From the NCBI RefSeq assembly GCF_001447785.1, contig NW_015165371.1, forward strand, positions 24,135-84,036: DNA of 59,902 nucleotides. The letters are read 5' to 3'. Below, piece by piece: positions 34,797 through 47,278 of the stretch. The DNA is from Gekko japonicus (taxonomy: Eukaryota). Below the pieces are notes generated by a model. The model was not told the DNA's origin, did no database searches, and saw nothing but the letters and a program-made list of their open reading frames with translations. The position numbers and the translations under genes are program-made. Position 1 is the first letter of the stretch; each line of letters starts with the position of its first letter.

Positions 34797-36200
34797 AGAA
34801 CATAAGAACATAAGAGATGCCAATGTTGGATCAGGCCAAAGGCCCATCCAGTCCAACACTCTGTCACACAGTGGTCAGAAATACCAGTGCCATCAGGAGG
34901 TCCAGCAGTGGGGCCAGGACATTAGAAGCCATCCCACTGTTAACCCCCCCCCCAAGCACCAAGATGACAGAGCATCACTCGCCCCAGAGTCCCTATCTAT
35001 NNNNNNNNNNNNNTTATCCGTTCTAACCCGACCGCTCAGCAATTTCATGGAGTGCCCACAAGTTCTTGTATTGTGAGAAAGGGAGAAAAGTATCTCTTTC
35101 TCTACCTGCTCTTTCCCATGCATAATCTTATAAACCTCAATCATGCTACCCCTCAGTCGTCGTTTCTCCAAGCTAAAGAGTCCTAACATATTTTTGTCAG
35201 GAGATCCACAAGTTCACAATTGAGTTCTTTCAGAACTCTTGGATGTATGCCATCTGGGCCTGGTGATTTATCAGTTTTTAAGTTGTTTATCAGTTTTAGG
35301 ACCTCCTCTCTCGTCACCTCAATCTGACTCAGGTCTTTCAACACCCCTCCTGAAATCAGTGGTTCTGGAGTGGGCAAGCACTTCTCATCTTCCACAGTGA
35401 AGACGGAGGCAAAAAATGCATTTAGCTTCTCAGCCATTTCCCTATCATCCTTCAATACTCCTTTTACCCCTTGGTCGTCCAAGGGCCCCACTGCCTCCCT
35501 GGCTGGTTTCCTGTTTCTAATGTATTTGAAGAAAGTTTTATTGTTGGTTTTTACGTTTTTTGCTATATGCTCCTCATATTCCCTTTTTGCATGCCTGACC
35601 ACAGACTTGCATTTTATTTGCCATAGCCTGTGTTCCGTTTTATCAGCCTCACTGTGACTAGCTTTCCACCGCTTAAAGGAATCCTTTTTACCTTTTACAG
35701 CTTCCATTACTTTGTTAACCATGTAGGCTTTTTCTTATACCGGTTTGTGCCTTTCCTAACCTGCGGAATATATTTTCTTTGAGCTTCTAGAATTGTAGTT
35801 TTAAATAGTTTCCAAGCTTCCCCAATGGTTTTGACCCTTTCTACTTTTCCCTTCAGTTTCCTCCCCACATGTCCCCTCATATCAGAAAAATTACCCCTTT
35901 TAAAGTTAAAAGTGGTTGTGTGAGTCTTTTTGGCCAATTCCCTATTTGTACAAATGTTGAACTCAACAACATTATGATCACTGTTCCCAAGCGGTGCAAT
36001 CACTTTTACATCTCTCACCAGGTCTTGAGTGTTACTTAGGGCCAAATCAAGGATCACCTCTCCCCTGGTAGGTTCCATGACCATCTGCTCCATAGCACAG
36101 TCATTTAGAGTGTCTAGAAACTCAATCTCTTTCTCTCGACTAGAACACATATTGACCCAATCAATGTGTGGGTAGTTAAAATCACCTATTACGACACAGT
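34797..36200 (-). mobile_element. CR1 LINE, 5'-truncated, with an internal deletion of most of RT
   Basis: GDFNYPHIDW and GNSDHN (APE endonuclease), KSPGPDGIHPRVLKEL, then a jump at ~35187 to the C-terminal LGLFSLEKRRLRG; (TTATGTTC)n tail. Confidence 0.92.
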
Positions 36201-36451
36201 GTTTTTGTCTAGGAAGGGGCTCTTTAGATATCAAGAAAGTCTGTGTTCTGTGCCAATTTGGTGCCATTATCTTCATAAAGAGTTGCCGCAGACCCTCATA
36301 CATATATATAATGTCCTACCTATGAATAAACAATCATGGTAACCCTGAGCTCCAACCTTGATATGAAATTATAACTTTTTTTCTTAGCACACAACCATGG
36401 TGTCTAGCTAATCTCATAGAGTGATGGGAACCATTAAGGTTCCTTGGTGAA

Positions 36452-36613
36452 AGCTGGGAATCACCTTTCTCTTTGCCATGAGGAAAGATGGAAACAACAT
36501 TTCCTTGTAATTACTTGGCCACCTATTCAAGAGCTACTTACCAGCCACTCTCCGTAAGAATATTTTCTCTTTGAGGGGTCCTCCTGTTTTATGGACAGCC
36601 CTCCAGAAGGCTT
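36452..36613 (-). pseudogene. Duplicated fragment of the OR 3' end (AFWRAVHKTGGPLKEKIFLRRVAGK* plus 3' flank)
   Basis: Near-identical to 36737-36898 and 58256-58417. Confidence 0.85.
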
Positions 36614-36818
36614 TTAATTGAAAATTTCAAAAGCATTACAAAATTTCAGAGACATTCTCAAACGAAACGAAATACCAAGAAAAATTAACCAATTAGTTAA
36701 AATCTGAATTAAAAGGTGTAGTCTAAATCTAATGAATGCTGGGAATCACTTTTCTCTTTGCCCTGAGGAAAGAAGGAAATGACATTCCTTTGCAATTTCC
36801 TGGCCACCTATTAAAGAG

Positions 36819-37787
36819 CTACTTACCAGCCACCCTCCATAAGAATATTTTCTCTTTGAGGGGTCCTCCTGTTTTATGGACAGCCCTCCAGAAGGCTTGC
36901 TTTACTTCTACGTTCCTTATGGTATAAATGAAAGGGTTCAGCATGGGGGCCAGGACCATGTTCAAGACTCCTACTGCCTTGTTGAATTGAAAGGAAGAGT
37001 GCACATTGGGCCGAACATACATAAAAGCTATGGCTCCGTACAGAATTGAAACCACCGTCAAATGAGATGTGCAAGTGGAAAATGCTTTCTTGCGCCCACT
37101 CGCTGATGGGATACGTAAAATGGTAGAGATGATGTAAACGTAGGACACCACAATGAGGAAAAGAGTGATGACCACAATGGAGATGGCTGACAGCAAGGCC
37201 AGGAATTCTAGCAAACGAGTGTCAGCACAGGACAAACTCAACACTGGCCCAAGGTCACAGAAATAATGGTCTAGTACATTTTTTTCACAGAATGGCAGAG
37301 TCCATATCATGACGGCTTGGAAGAAATTATATAGAAACCCTCCTAGCCAGCACCCCATGGCCAACTGGATGCAGACATTTTTGGTCATGATGACTGCATA
37401 GTGAAATGGTTTACATATGGCAATGTAGCGGTCGAAGGCCATTATTGTCAGGAGGAAGAGTTGAATGGCGCCAAAGGAGAAAACGAAAAAAATCTGAGCC
37501 ATGCAGCAATGGTAACAAATGGTGGTCCTCGTACTGAGAAATGTCTCCAATAATTTAGGAATTACTACGCTGGTGTAACAGATCTCTAGAAATGCCAGGT
37601 TGCACAAGAATCCATACATGGGTGTTTGGAGTTTTCGGTCAATCATAACAATAATGAGGATGAATCCATTTCCCAGCATGCTTAGGCTGTACATCATCAG
37701 AACCACGGAGAAACAGAGGATGTTCAAGTTGTAAAACAAAGGGAAGCCCAAAAGGACAAATTCAGTAACTGCTGAGATATTCGTCAT
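36819..37787 (-). CDS. Olfactory receptor, OR6 family; 322 aa (OR-5)
   Basis: LQTPMYGFLCNL, MAFDRYIAICKP, KAFSTCTSHL, PMLNPFIYTIRN. Confidence 0.95.
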   Translation of the reverse strand: MTNISAVTEFVLLGFPLFYNLNILCFSVVLMMYSLSMLGNGFILIIVMIDRKLQTPMYGFLCNLAFLEICYTSVVIPKLLETFLSTRTTICYHCCMAQIFFVFSFGAIQLFLLTIMAFDRYIAICKPFHYAVIMTKNVCIQLAMGCWLGGFLYNFFQAVMIWTLPFCEKNVLDHYFCDLGPVLSLSCADTRLLEFLALLSAISIVVITLFLIVVSYVYIISTILRIPSASGRKKAFSTCTSHLTVVSILYGAIAFMYVRPNVHSSFQFNKAVGVLNMVLAPMLNPFIYTIRNVEVKQAFWRAVHKTGGPLKEKIFLWRVAGK

Positions 37788-37992
37788 GACTATAAATGGA
37801 TGAGGCCACCTCAGCTATCAGAATGTGTAGGAGAACTTCCAAGATGACAATTATACAATAAAACATTCAGCCAAATAGTGAGTGGAGTTTCCATAGGGAA
37901 TACATTGGAAGTGGGATTGTAGGAATACATTTCAATACCTGAAACATGTTTTGAAGTTTTTCCATGTAATTATACCAGTCTTTAATCTTCAA

Positions 37993-38352
37993 AAGAAGCT
38001 GCAGTGGCTCAAGTGGTTAAGACGCTGAACTGCAGGCTGTGGAAGGTCAGTAGTTCAGCAGTTCGAGACCCGAGTGTGCCGCAAGACAGGGTGAGTTCCC
38101 GTCTCTAGTTCCAGCTCCTGCCAACCTAGCAGTTCGAAAGCAAGAAATTGCAAGTAGATAAATAGGTACCACTTCGTTGGGAAGGTAACAGCGTTCCGTG
38201 CGCCTTGGTGTTTAGTCATGCCAGCCACATGACCATGGAAACGTCTTCGGACAGCGCTGGCTTTTCGGCTTTGAAACGGAGATGAGCACCGCAACCCTAG
38301 AGTCGGACTCGACTGGCTTTCAAGCAAGGGAACCTTTACCTTTACCTTTACC
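37993..38352 (+). mobile_element. Sauria SINE, full length
   Basis: tRNA-like head, (ACCTTT)n tail, 11-bp TSD TTAATCTTCAA (37982-37992, 38353-38363). Confidence 0.85.
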
Positions 38353-38886
38353 TTAATCTTCAATGAGGGGAGAGAAATCATTTATGAGATAAGATAATAT
38401 ACCAAGTAAATGTATCATCATCATCTGATCATCATTTCTAATAGAAAAAGGTGTAGAGCACACGATTAAATCATTATAAGACACAGAAAATATAATTCAA
38501 AGAAGATGGAATTAAGATGGGTTATTTCAAACATGCATTCAACAAATGTTGTAAACCAAGTGGAGGATTTTTGAAACTTCTTGAGTTCTTCTTGTGGCAT
38601 CCTGGACACATAAGGGAAAAGACAGGGTAGATTTTTTTAATACGTCATTATCATAAACAAAAATATTACCTAAACAGACTAGTAGAAGTTATATTCAATG
38701 TTAACCAGGTCCGTAGCTATGGTGGAGCTTCTGGAAAAGGTGTGTGCTCCTTTAAGCAGAGTGGGGTGCTCTAGTTGACTAATTCCTGCACTGAGCAACA
38801 GGGTTTGAGTAGGTGACCTCAAGGATCTCTTCTAACACTCTGTCAAGAAAATGGTTTTCTTTAAGATGGTCCCCCCTACACATGTC

Positions 38887-40417
38887 ATTTATTTATTTAT
38901 TTATTTATTATTTTAGTTTATACCCCGCCCTCCCCGCAAGCAGGCTCAGGGCGGCTTACATTAATTGGTACCCTGTATCATAAAACCATGTACAAAATTT
39001 AAACAACTTACAACAACAACAACAACATTAAAAGCAATCCAACATCCAACAATTAAGAATTAAAGTGCTAGTGATGGTACTCTTTGATGGTAATCATTGC
39101 ATGATTCAGATGGCGTACTAACGATTTTATCGGCATCGATGATCTTCAGCTTGGTGCGATAATATAACGCAAACCCTCCCCGGGGGCCAGAGCCAACCCA
39201 AAGCCACGGATGTTGGTGGTGGTGGAGGAGCTTTTAATGTCACGCCTTACGTGACCTGTAACCAGTGTTCCCTCTAAGCTGAGTTCGTGTGAGCTAGCTC
39301 ACAATTTTTTAGCCTCCAGCACACACATTGTTGTCTTAGCTCAGGAAGGATGACTCCAGAGCAAACTGATTTATGCAGTAGAAGAAGAAGAAGAGGTTGG
39401 ATTTATACCACGCCCTTCACTACCCAAAGGAGTCTCAGAGCGGTNNNNNNNNNNNNNNNNNNNNNNNNNNNNNNNNNNNNNNNNNNNNNNNNNNNNNNNN
39501 NNNNNNNNNNNNNNNNNNNNNNNNNNNNNNNNNNNNNNNNCCAGCCTGGCCGTGGCATTCTGCACTAGCTGCAGTCTCCGGATTTGCAACAAGGCCAGCC
39601 CCATGTAGAGAGCGTTACAGTAGTCTAATCATGTGGTAACTATCACATGGATCACTGTAGCCAGGTCGTCACAGCCAAGGAAGGGAGCCAACTGCTGAAT
39701 CAGCCAAAGATTGTAAAAGGCCGACTTTGCAGTGGCTGCTACCTGGGCCTCCATTGTTAAGGAGGTATCCAGAAGCACTCCCAAACTCCTATCCTCTGGC
39801 GCTGGCACCAATGATGTCCCACCGAAGGTCAGGAGCGGGAATCCCACCTCTGAATCGCTCCGACTCAGGCACAGGACCTCCATCTTCGCCAGATTCAGTT
39901 TCAGCCGGCTCAGTCTGAGCCAACCAGTCACAGCTTGCAAAGCCCAGTCCAGATCTTCTGGTCTGGAGTCCGACTGGCCGTCCAACATCAGATAGAGCTG
40001 GGTATCATCAGCATACTGATGACAACCCAGCCCATGTCTCCGGGCAACCTGGGCAAGGGGGCGCATATAGATGTTAAATAACATCGGGGACAGCACTGCC
40101 CCTTGAGGCATGCCACATTCCAGTGGGTGTCTCCTGGACTGCTGTTCCCCTAGTGCCACCCTTTGTCCCCGACCCTGGAGAAAGGAAGCAAGCCATTGCA
40201 GGGCCAGTCCCTGGATTCCCATGCTGTCAAGGCGGTGGGTCAGCAGCTGATGGTCGACCGTGTCAAACGTGGCTGACAGATCTAACAACAGCAATACTGC
40301 CACATTTCCTTAATCCAGATGCCTCTGGAGGTCATCCGTCAGAGTGACCAGCACCGTCTCCGTCCCGTGTCCCAGGCGGAAACCGGACTGGAAGGGATCT
40401 AATACGGAAGCGTCATC
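38887..40417 (-). mobile_element. L2-clade LINE with a nested hAT MITE piece (from 39263), a SINE piece and a gap
   Basis: RT motifs LLDLSATFDTVDH, GMPQGAVLSPMLFNIYM, QYADDTQLY at 39629-40303; 3' hairpin and (TAAA)n tail at 38887-38960. Confidence 0.85.
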
Positions 40418-41385
40418 TTTCTGGACTATAGAAGTCATCATCCCCCACCTGCCGGCTTGTTATCAGAATGGTTGCTTAGGCTGGCAGAAGTGATTAACTT
40501 GCTGCAGCTGCAAACTGCCATCTAAAGTGGCTGACAGCTTGCAATCCAGAGATCTGCACACATACCCTTTTCTCAGCCTGCTGTTGTCACACTCTCGGGC
40601 TAAGATCTGCAGAAGCCTCCATGCTTTGATTTTAAAAGGCTTGATTCCACAGTAGCTGAGTTCTAATCCTCAGAATTCTGGCTTTCCTCTCTGCACTGAG
40701 AACTTCAACCCCACCAGAAGAAGAAAAAGTTGCCCCACAAGCCACAAAATCCTGACTACAGCCCTGGCATTAACTAGAGTTAAGCAAGAAATATTGACAA
40801 CCAGTGTGGTACAGAGGTTATCGTGTTGGACTAAGATCTGGGAGTCTCAGGTTCAGTATTCCCACTCTGCCATGGAAGCTTGCTGGATGTCTTCAGGCCA
40901 ATCACAGACTTGTTTCTAAATGTGCGTACATTAATAGCAGACGGGTGGTGGAAAGTGCCGTCAAATTGCAGCAGATTTATGGTCATTCCATAGGATTTTC
41001 GAGTCAAAAGAGAAATAGAGTTGCCTTACCATATCCAGTCCCTGTGTAGTGGCTGTGGACTTCCTTGATGGTCTCTCTTCTAAGTACTAACCAGGGCTGA
41101 CCCGACTTAGCTTCCAAGATCTGACAAAAGCAGACTAACCTGGGCCATCCAAGTCAGGCAATAATAAACTAAGAATCAGCAAATGTTCCCTATCCTATTT
41201 CTTTTCATCTTTATTTATGTTTTTGACAAACGTTTCAATTTATGTGGTGAACATATATTTTTTTTACACACTATGTATACAGTGCCTGTATATTTGTATA
41301 ATATAAATACAGGGTAAGATCCAAAAGTATTGTTCCACTAACTGTGGAATTGTCTCCAAGTATACCGAGCTTTCCAATACTAGGT

Positions 41386-41650
41386 GAGGAAGAGTTGGAT
41401 TTATACCCCGCCCTTCACTCAGCATCTCAGAGCATCTTACAATCTCCTTCCCTTCCTCTCCCCACAACAGATACCCTGTGAGGTAGGTGGGACTGAGAGA
41501 GCTCTGAGAGAACTGGTCTAGAGAGAACAGCTCTGAGAGAACTGTGACTGACCCAGGGTCATCCAGCTGGCTACATGTGGAGGAGTAGGGAATCATACTC
41601 GGTTCTCTAGATTAGAGTCTGCCGTTCTTAACACTACACCAAACTAGCTC
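41386..41650 (-). mobile_element. Squam3-like SINE
   Basis: Matches the family consensus. Confidence 0.8.
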
Positions 41651-42056
41651 TGTACTAGAACATACCTCTTCCATCAGAGGAGGGCTTTTAGCACTAGAAG
41701 AGGGTTTCACAGTGAAACAGAACCACTGGATCCAATCCTCTGTAAAGAGCCCCCCCATATGTTTTTGAGCCTCCAGTTACCTTTGGACTACTAACACAAG
41801 GTGTTGGGCACAACCACAAAATGGCGGCTGAAGGATGTGCCACTTACCACAAAATTTCAGGGAGTGAGGTTATCCATAATTCTAGTAGTAACTCTTTCAA
41901 AATTCCAGTCAAAAGTTCTTCTTAACACAATATCTTTTAAAAATGAACATTTTATGAGTGTTTTTAAACATTGTTTTGCATACACACAACTTCTTCAGTC
42001 ACACAATGAAGATCCTTGAATTGTGATGGCAGCTGCTGATAAAAGAATTTTTTTTC

Positions 42057-42367
42057 AGACTGAAGAAGTGAGCAGTGACTTAACGAAAACACCTACCCTG
42101 CCACAAATTTTGCTTGCCTTAAAGGTGCTCCTGGACTCTTGCTCTTTTCTACTGTTACACTAAACTGGTAACAGTGCATACAAAGAAACAACAAATAACC
42201 ACTGTGATGGTTGACACTATCAATTCGAGGAGATGTTGAATGATCCTGTACTAGTACTCAGATTTCCGAAACTGAAAGCAGAAAAAAATGCTATGCTTTT
42301 TTTTTCTTTTTCAAATTTTGGAAATCTAAGTACTAGTACAGGATCATTCAACATCTCCTCATTGATA
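42057..42367. mobile_element. Penelope pseudo-LTR relic plus a ~150-bp hairpin
   Basis: ctgaagaagtgagcagtgac..cgaaa motif as at 4632; inverted repeat at 42219-42367; related rearranged pieces at 50870-51205. Confidence 0.6.
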
Positions 42368-43305
42368 CCTACTGGGGATATAATGAATAAAAATGGTATT
42401 TCATCAGCAAAAATACAATGGCATGGCGACAGGATAATCCACATTCCCCCTCCTTCTATAAAAAAAAACAGCACCTTGACCTATTCTGCTATAGTACAGC
42501 CCTATTGCCTTTATTGCTCTGACCTCTCCAGATCTTGGCTGCTAAGCAGGGGCATCCCTCGTTGGTACTTGGATGGGAGACCACCAAAGAAGTCCAAAAT
42601 AGGGGTGGGCAAGAAGTGGACCATGAAGTAAAATCTGTGATGGATTTTGCCCTGCTCATAGTTCAGGAACCAAAGTTTCTGATATGTCAACTGTCATGAA
42701 CCTCCATGAACTTTTAAAACCATTTGTGGTGGTCCATGGTGGTTTGTGGATAGAGCAGAAAACAGGGGTTTAAATGGACACAGAGTCCCTTTAAAGCCCT
42801 GCTTTGTGCTCCCTGCTATTCAGCTGTTTTGGTACCAAAAAAATGGGGAGCAGCCCCTTTAAACATGCACAGGAACACCCCCCCCCAAAAAAAACCCCAA
42901 TAACAGCTGAGGTGTGGGGAGCAGCCTGCCTTCCATGTTCAGGCTTTCTTGTACAGTCCTTTTAAACTTAAAGAGACCGCACAAGAAAGCACAGCACAGC
43001 TGAGCTCAGCATTCTGCAAACCCTGTTTAAAGGTACTGTGGTAATTAATTTCATACTCTCCAATTTCTTTATCTAAGGTGCAGAGATAGCATTTGATATA
43101 GATTGATAGCCAATATCCATGAATGCAAAAAAAGATAGTTAACTAGAAGTTCCTCACCTTTCAAACTAATGTGGAGGGATGCAATGAAATAACAAGTTAT
43201 TTTCTAATTGATGGAACATACGACAAATGATACACAATGAGGCACTAGCTCACAATGGGGCGCTGCTGCTGCACTGACAACAATTGTATCCTCCTAGCTC
43301 CTGCT

Positions 43306-44070
43306 CAGTGTTCCCTCTAAGCTGAGTTAGTGTGAGCTAGCTCACAGTTTTTTAGCCTCCAGCTCGCACGTTTTTGTCTAAGCTCAGGAAGGAGGGCTCC
43401 AGAGCAAACTAATTTATGCAGTAGGCAGATCGCTCTCTCACAACTTTAGTTCCGGTCACACGGGCCAGAAAAAGCGGGGGGGGGGGAGTGTGGCTGTTTG
43501 CCCTGGAGCAAAATAACATGTGGCTGCCCGATCACACGTCCCGTCGAGGTCCCATGGTTAGGGGGTGAGGTGCCGATCACACAGCTATCCAGCAGCGTGA
43601 CAAAGAAGCAGCGCGGTGCGATCACAGCAGCAATCACTACACACTGCTCCCATGGCAAACGGGTGTTCATTTTACTGCAGTTTGTGCGCATGCACTGTTG
43701 GGTGCTTTTGCGCATCCTGCGGAGACTTTGGGGAGAAATACCCCTTGTTTGCGAAGGAACATCAGCAGGCACCGGATGCCACGGGAGTCCACCGGAAATG
43801 CGATCAAATGCCTGTCCTTGCCCCGCGGTGTTCGGAAACCAGTACCTCGAAGGTACTAGTTTTTTCGTCCGCATCTTCGGCGGGATGCCATCGGATAGCC
43901 ACAGGAGCACTACGCTTCCCAGATGTTGTGCTATGATCGCACCTGGAAAATCCGCCTATCCTCCATATCTTTAGTGTGGCAAATGCTCCGTGTGACCGGG
44001 ACCTTTAATGCCAGTAGCTCACAAAGTAGAATTTTTGCTCACAAGACTCCACAGATTAGAGGGAGCATTG
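43306..44070. mobile_element. hAT MITE with a nested Harbinger MITE (43449-44004, TSD TTA)
   Basis: The two outer halves rejoin to the 19015-19220 sequence; absent from unit B. Confidence 0.85.
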
Positions 44071-44877
44071 CATACGCCCAGTTACCTGGACACTGTTTCT
44101 GTTGAGTTCAGTGGAGTGTGTCATTCTCCAGAATATTTTTAGACTAAAAAAAGAATGACTACCGGGCAACCGAGCTGCAGCCACACATTTGATCATGATG
44201 CATAGCATCTTACAAAATTCAATGTAAATTAGTTCATTGTCTACTTATGTTGCACTTATGATGCTGTACATGGACACAGTATTTAAAATGTACTTTCATC
44301 TCACCTACCTGAGATAGGCAGGTAGGTGGCAGACACAAACAGGTGGTTTGCCACTGCTTGTTTTGGCATCACAACCCTGGTATTCCTTGGTGGGCTCCCA
44401 TCCACGTACTAACCAAGAACAACCCTGCTTAGCTCCCAAGATCTGATGAGACGGGGCTGGGCTGGGACATCCACATCAGGGCAATAGGCCAATAGATATG
44501 GACAATAAATGGTAGGCACCAACCTTATTACTTTTCTATGTACTTGACAGGTGGTTTCGAAGGAACTTCTGATGAAATGGAGCAATTATGGCTTCCTTTT
44601 TGATAGCATATCCAAGCATCTGCCATTATTTCCCAGAAGAACGTCTCTGGAGAAAAATTCTCCGAAACTTGTTAAGAACATTAATTAAGCCTTGAAAGGT
44701 TTTTGTTTTTTTCTTAAGTTCAATTCTCCAAGTGACTAAACCCTCTGTAGTTTGGATCAGAATTGTGTTTCTTTGTTTACTCATAACAGAAATTGGGCAT
44801 TAAAACACAAATAGTAGAATCAGAGTGTGTATTCTAGTGAAAGATAACTCAATCTTCCCTCCCTCAAGGAGCAGAAG

Positions 44878-45224
44878 ATCCCACTTCTTCACCCAAAGAG
44901 TGATTAACACCTGGAATTCACTGCCACAGGAGGTGGCGGCGGCTACAAGCATGGATGGCTTCAAGAGGGAACTGGATAAGCATATGGAGCAGAGGGTCAT
45001 CAGTGGCTATTAGCCACAAAGTATAGATAGGAATTCTTAGTCTGGGGCAAGTGATGCAATGTATTCTTGGTGCTTGGGGGGGCAACAGTGGGAGGGCTTC
45101 TAGTGTCCTGGCCCCACTGCTGGCCCTCCTGATGGCCTCTGGTATTTTTGGCCACTGTGTGACACAGTGTTAGACTGGATGGGCCATATGCCTGATCCAA
45201 CATTGGCTTCTCTTATGTTCTTAT
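44878..45224 (+). mobile_element. CR1 3' fragment, unit A only
   Basis: HFFTQRVINTWNSLPQEV...GFKRELD plus CR1 3' UTR and tail. Confidence 0.85.
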
Positions 45225-45868
45225 CCAGTGCTTATGCTCACCAAAAATGGTGGTGATTGCTAATATGGAGGTTCCTATCCTTGGGGGTTTTCCTTGTGTC
45301 TGTCATTTTTCTCCCTCAAAGAAGAAATGCCTATGCTGAAATATGAAATATTGTACTGTATTTTCATATTGTGATACTTTATGTGGGTATATGCCCTATG
45401 AGAATTTATGCAAAATAGTCTGTTGCTTGCTCTTACACACCTTATAGGGCAGTAGAAATAGTTCCACATGCATAGCCATGTTGGTCGGCAGTAGAAGAGT
45501 AAGTCCACTAACACCTTTAAAACCAACAAGATTTTTTTTCATTTATTTAAAGCAAAACTTAACAATACCACTCACATATTAGACTCTAGTGTACCTTATA
45601 ATAATTGTTTCAGTGTTCCAGGTGAAATCGAATTACCATCATCCAGATTTCTATGGAGAGTAGACAACATATAAATAAAAGTCTTCTATCTACAAATGTC
45701 CTTCTTCTATGAATTTTCATTTATTTCTATGCCCAGCAAAGGTTAATCCAACAGCTGATATAGTAGGGATATCTTCAATGTCTGTCATAAAATGTATATA
45801 TTGGCTTAGTGGTCAGGGCCCCACATACCTTTGGGGCCACCTCTCTCAATATGCCCGCAATATAGCAT

Positions 45869-46517
45869 TGCCCCCCCCCCCAGATGGAAGAAATAGTCAG
45901 ACAACAAGGTTGGATGAAATAAGGCCACTTTATTAAAATATTAACTTAACGGCAAAGGGCAACATGAAAACAGCGGCACGACAAGGCCTAGTGTCGCTTT
46001 GACCCCCATCCTTAAACCGTATAAACGGCAAGCCAACTGTAAGTCACATACAAACCCAGCTGAGCCAAGATTGGGATGCGCCCTCAGGAGCCCTCAAACA
46101 CCACCGCACAGCCAGCGCTGAGTCTCCATCATGGCCATCTTCATAGGCAGTCTGCAAGCCTCATCCCCAGCCGCACATCTGCAGGGTTGATCCCGCAGAC
46201 CCCTCTACCCCCCCAGGGGTTATTAATTGGTGCTTAGGAGCCGCTGAACTTTATTTAAACCTAATTCTGCCCTAACAAAGTGACGAACTAGCCCCTAGGC
46301 ACCATCCCAAACCAATTCCTCAATCCACTGACAGCAGTGCAAGGTAAGCGAAAAGACCCCATCTCAATAGCCAATCAGGGAAGGGGACAAAAAATTCCTA
46401 CCTGGTCCCCCATTAAATGGGGCAACCAACCTGTGTTTACACTACATACAGGGTGGGTGGGTGGGCCGAGCACGAGGCGACAGACTGCAAGGGGGAGCGA
46501 ACAGAGACTGCCTATGA
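45869..46517 (-). mobile_element. Unclassified insertion, possibly a non-autonomous DIRS/Ngaro-like element, inside a degraded L2 fragment
   Basis: Absent from the paralog (~53990-54030); AATAAA and a G-run at the minus-strand end; 13-bp internal inverted repeat at 46141-46153 and 46505-46517. Confidence 0.5.
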
Positions 46518-47210
46518 GAGAAATCCAACTGTCTTCAACCACCTCGTAGAACTCTCTGCCGGAGAACATTCGTGCCCTGTGGGATTTACTTCCTTTCCGC
46601 AAGGATTGTAAGGCAGAGATGTTCTGCCAGGCATTTGGTTGAGGACAGCGATGGGACAGTAAGTAACCTCAGGAGACTGTGGGAGGTTTCAATTTTTGTC
46701 AGAATTTCTCACCACCTTGGAATAACCTGTTCTATTTATTGTTTGTGCTGTATTTTATTACTGATTTTTCTGTTCTGATGAGCCCTGCTTGCAAGGAAGG
46801 ATGGCCTAAAAGTCCAAATAATAAATAAATATCTGCTCTCACAGATAGTGTTTGTTCTTCTGATCATTTTCTCTTATGAACCCGTGTATGCTTAGTTTGC
46901 CAGATGTTCCTGGAGAAAATGAGTCATAGGATCCAGTTCTAAGTATTTGTGCTAGGGCCAGTTTGGATGATAATCATCAGCTGGGAGTGTGGGCCAGAAG
47001 GAGGCTTGGCTCCAATGGAGCACTTCTGTGAACAGAATGATTCCCAGCTACAGTTAGAACAGAGCCCTGTTCTGGGCGGGGGGGGGGGGCTCTTGTCCAA
47101 AGANNNNNNNNNNNNNNNNNNNNNNNNNNNNNNNNNNNNNNNNNNNNNNNNNNNNNNNNNNNNNNNNNNNNNNNNNNNNNNNNNNNNNNNNNNNNNNNNN
47201 NNNNNNNNNN

Positions 47211-47278
47211 NAAGGAAGGAAGGAAGGAAGGAAGGAAGGAAGGAAGGAAGGAAGGAAGGAAGGAAGGAAGGAAGGAAG
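47211..47278. repeat. (AAGG)n microsatellite adjoining a gap
   Basis: Directly visible. Confidence 0.95.
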
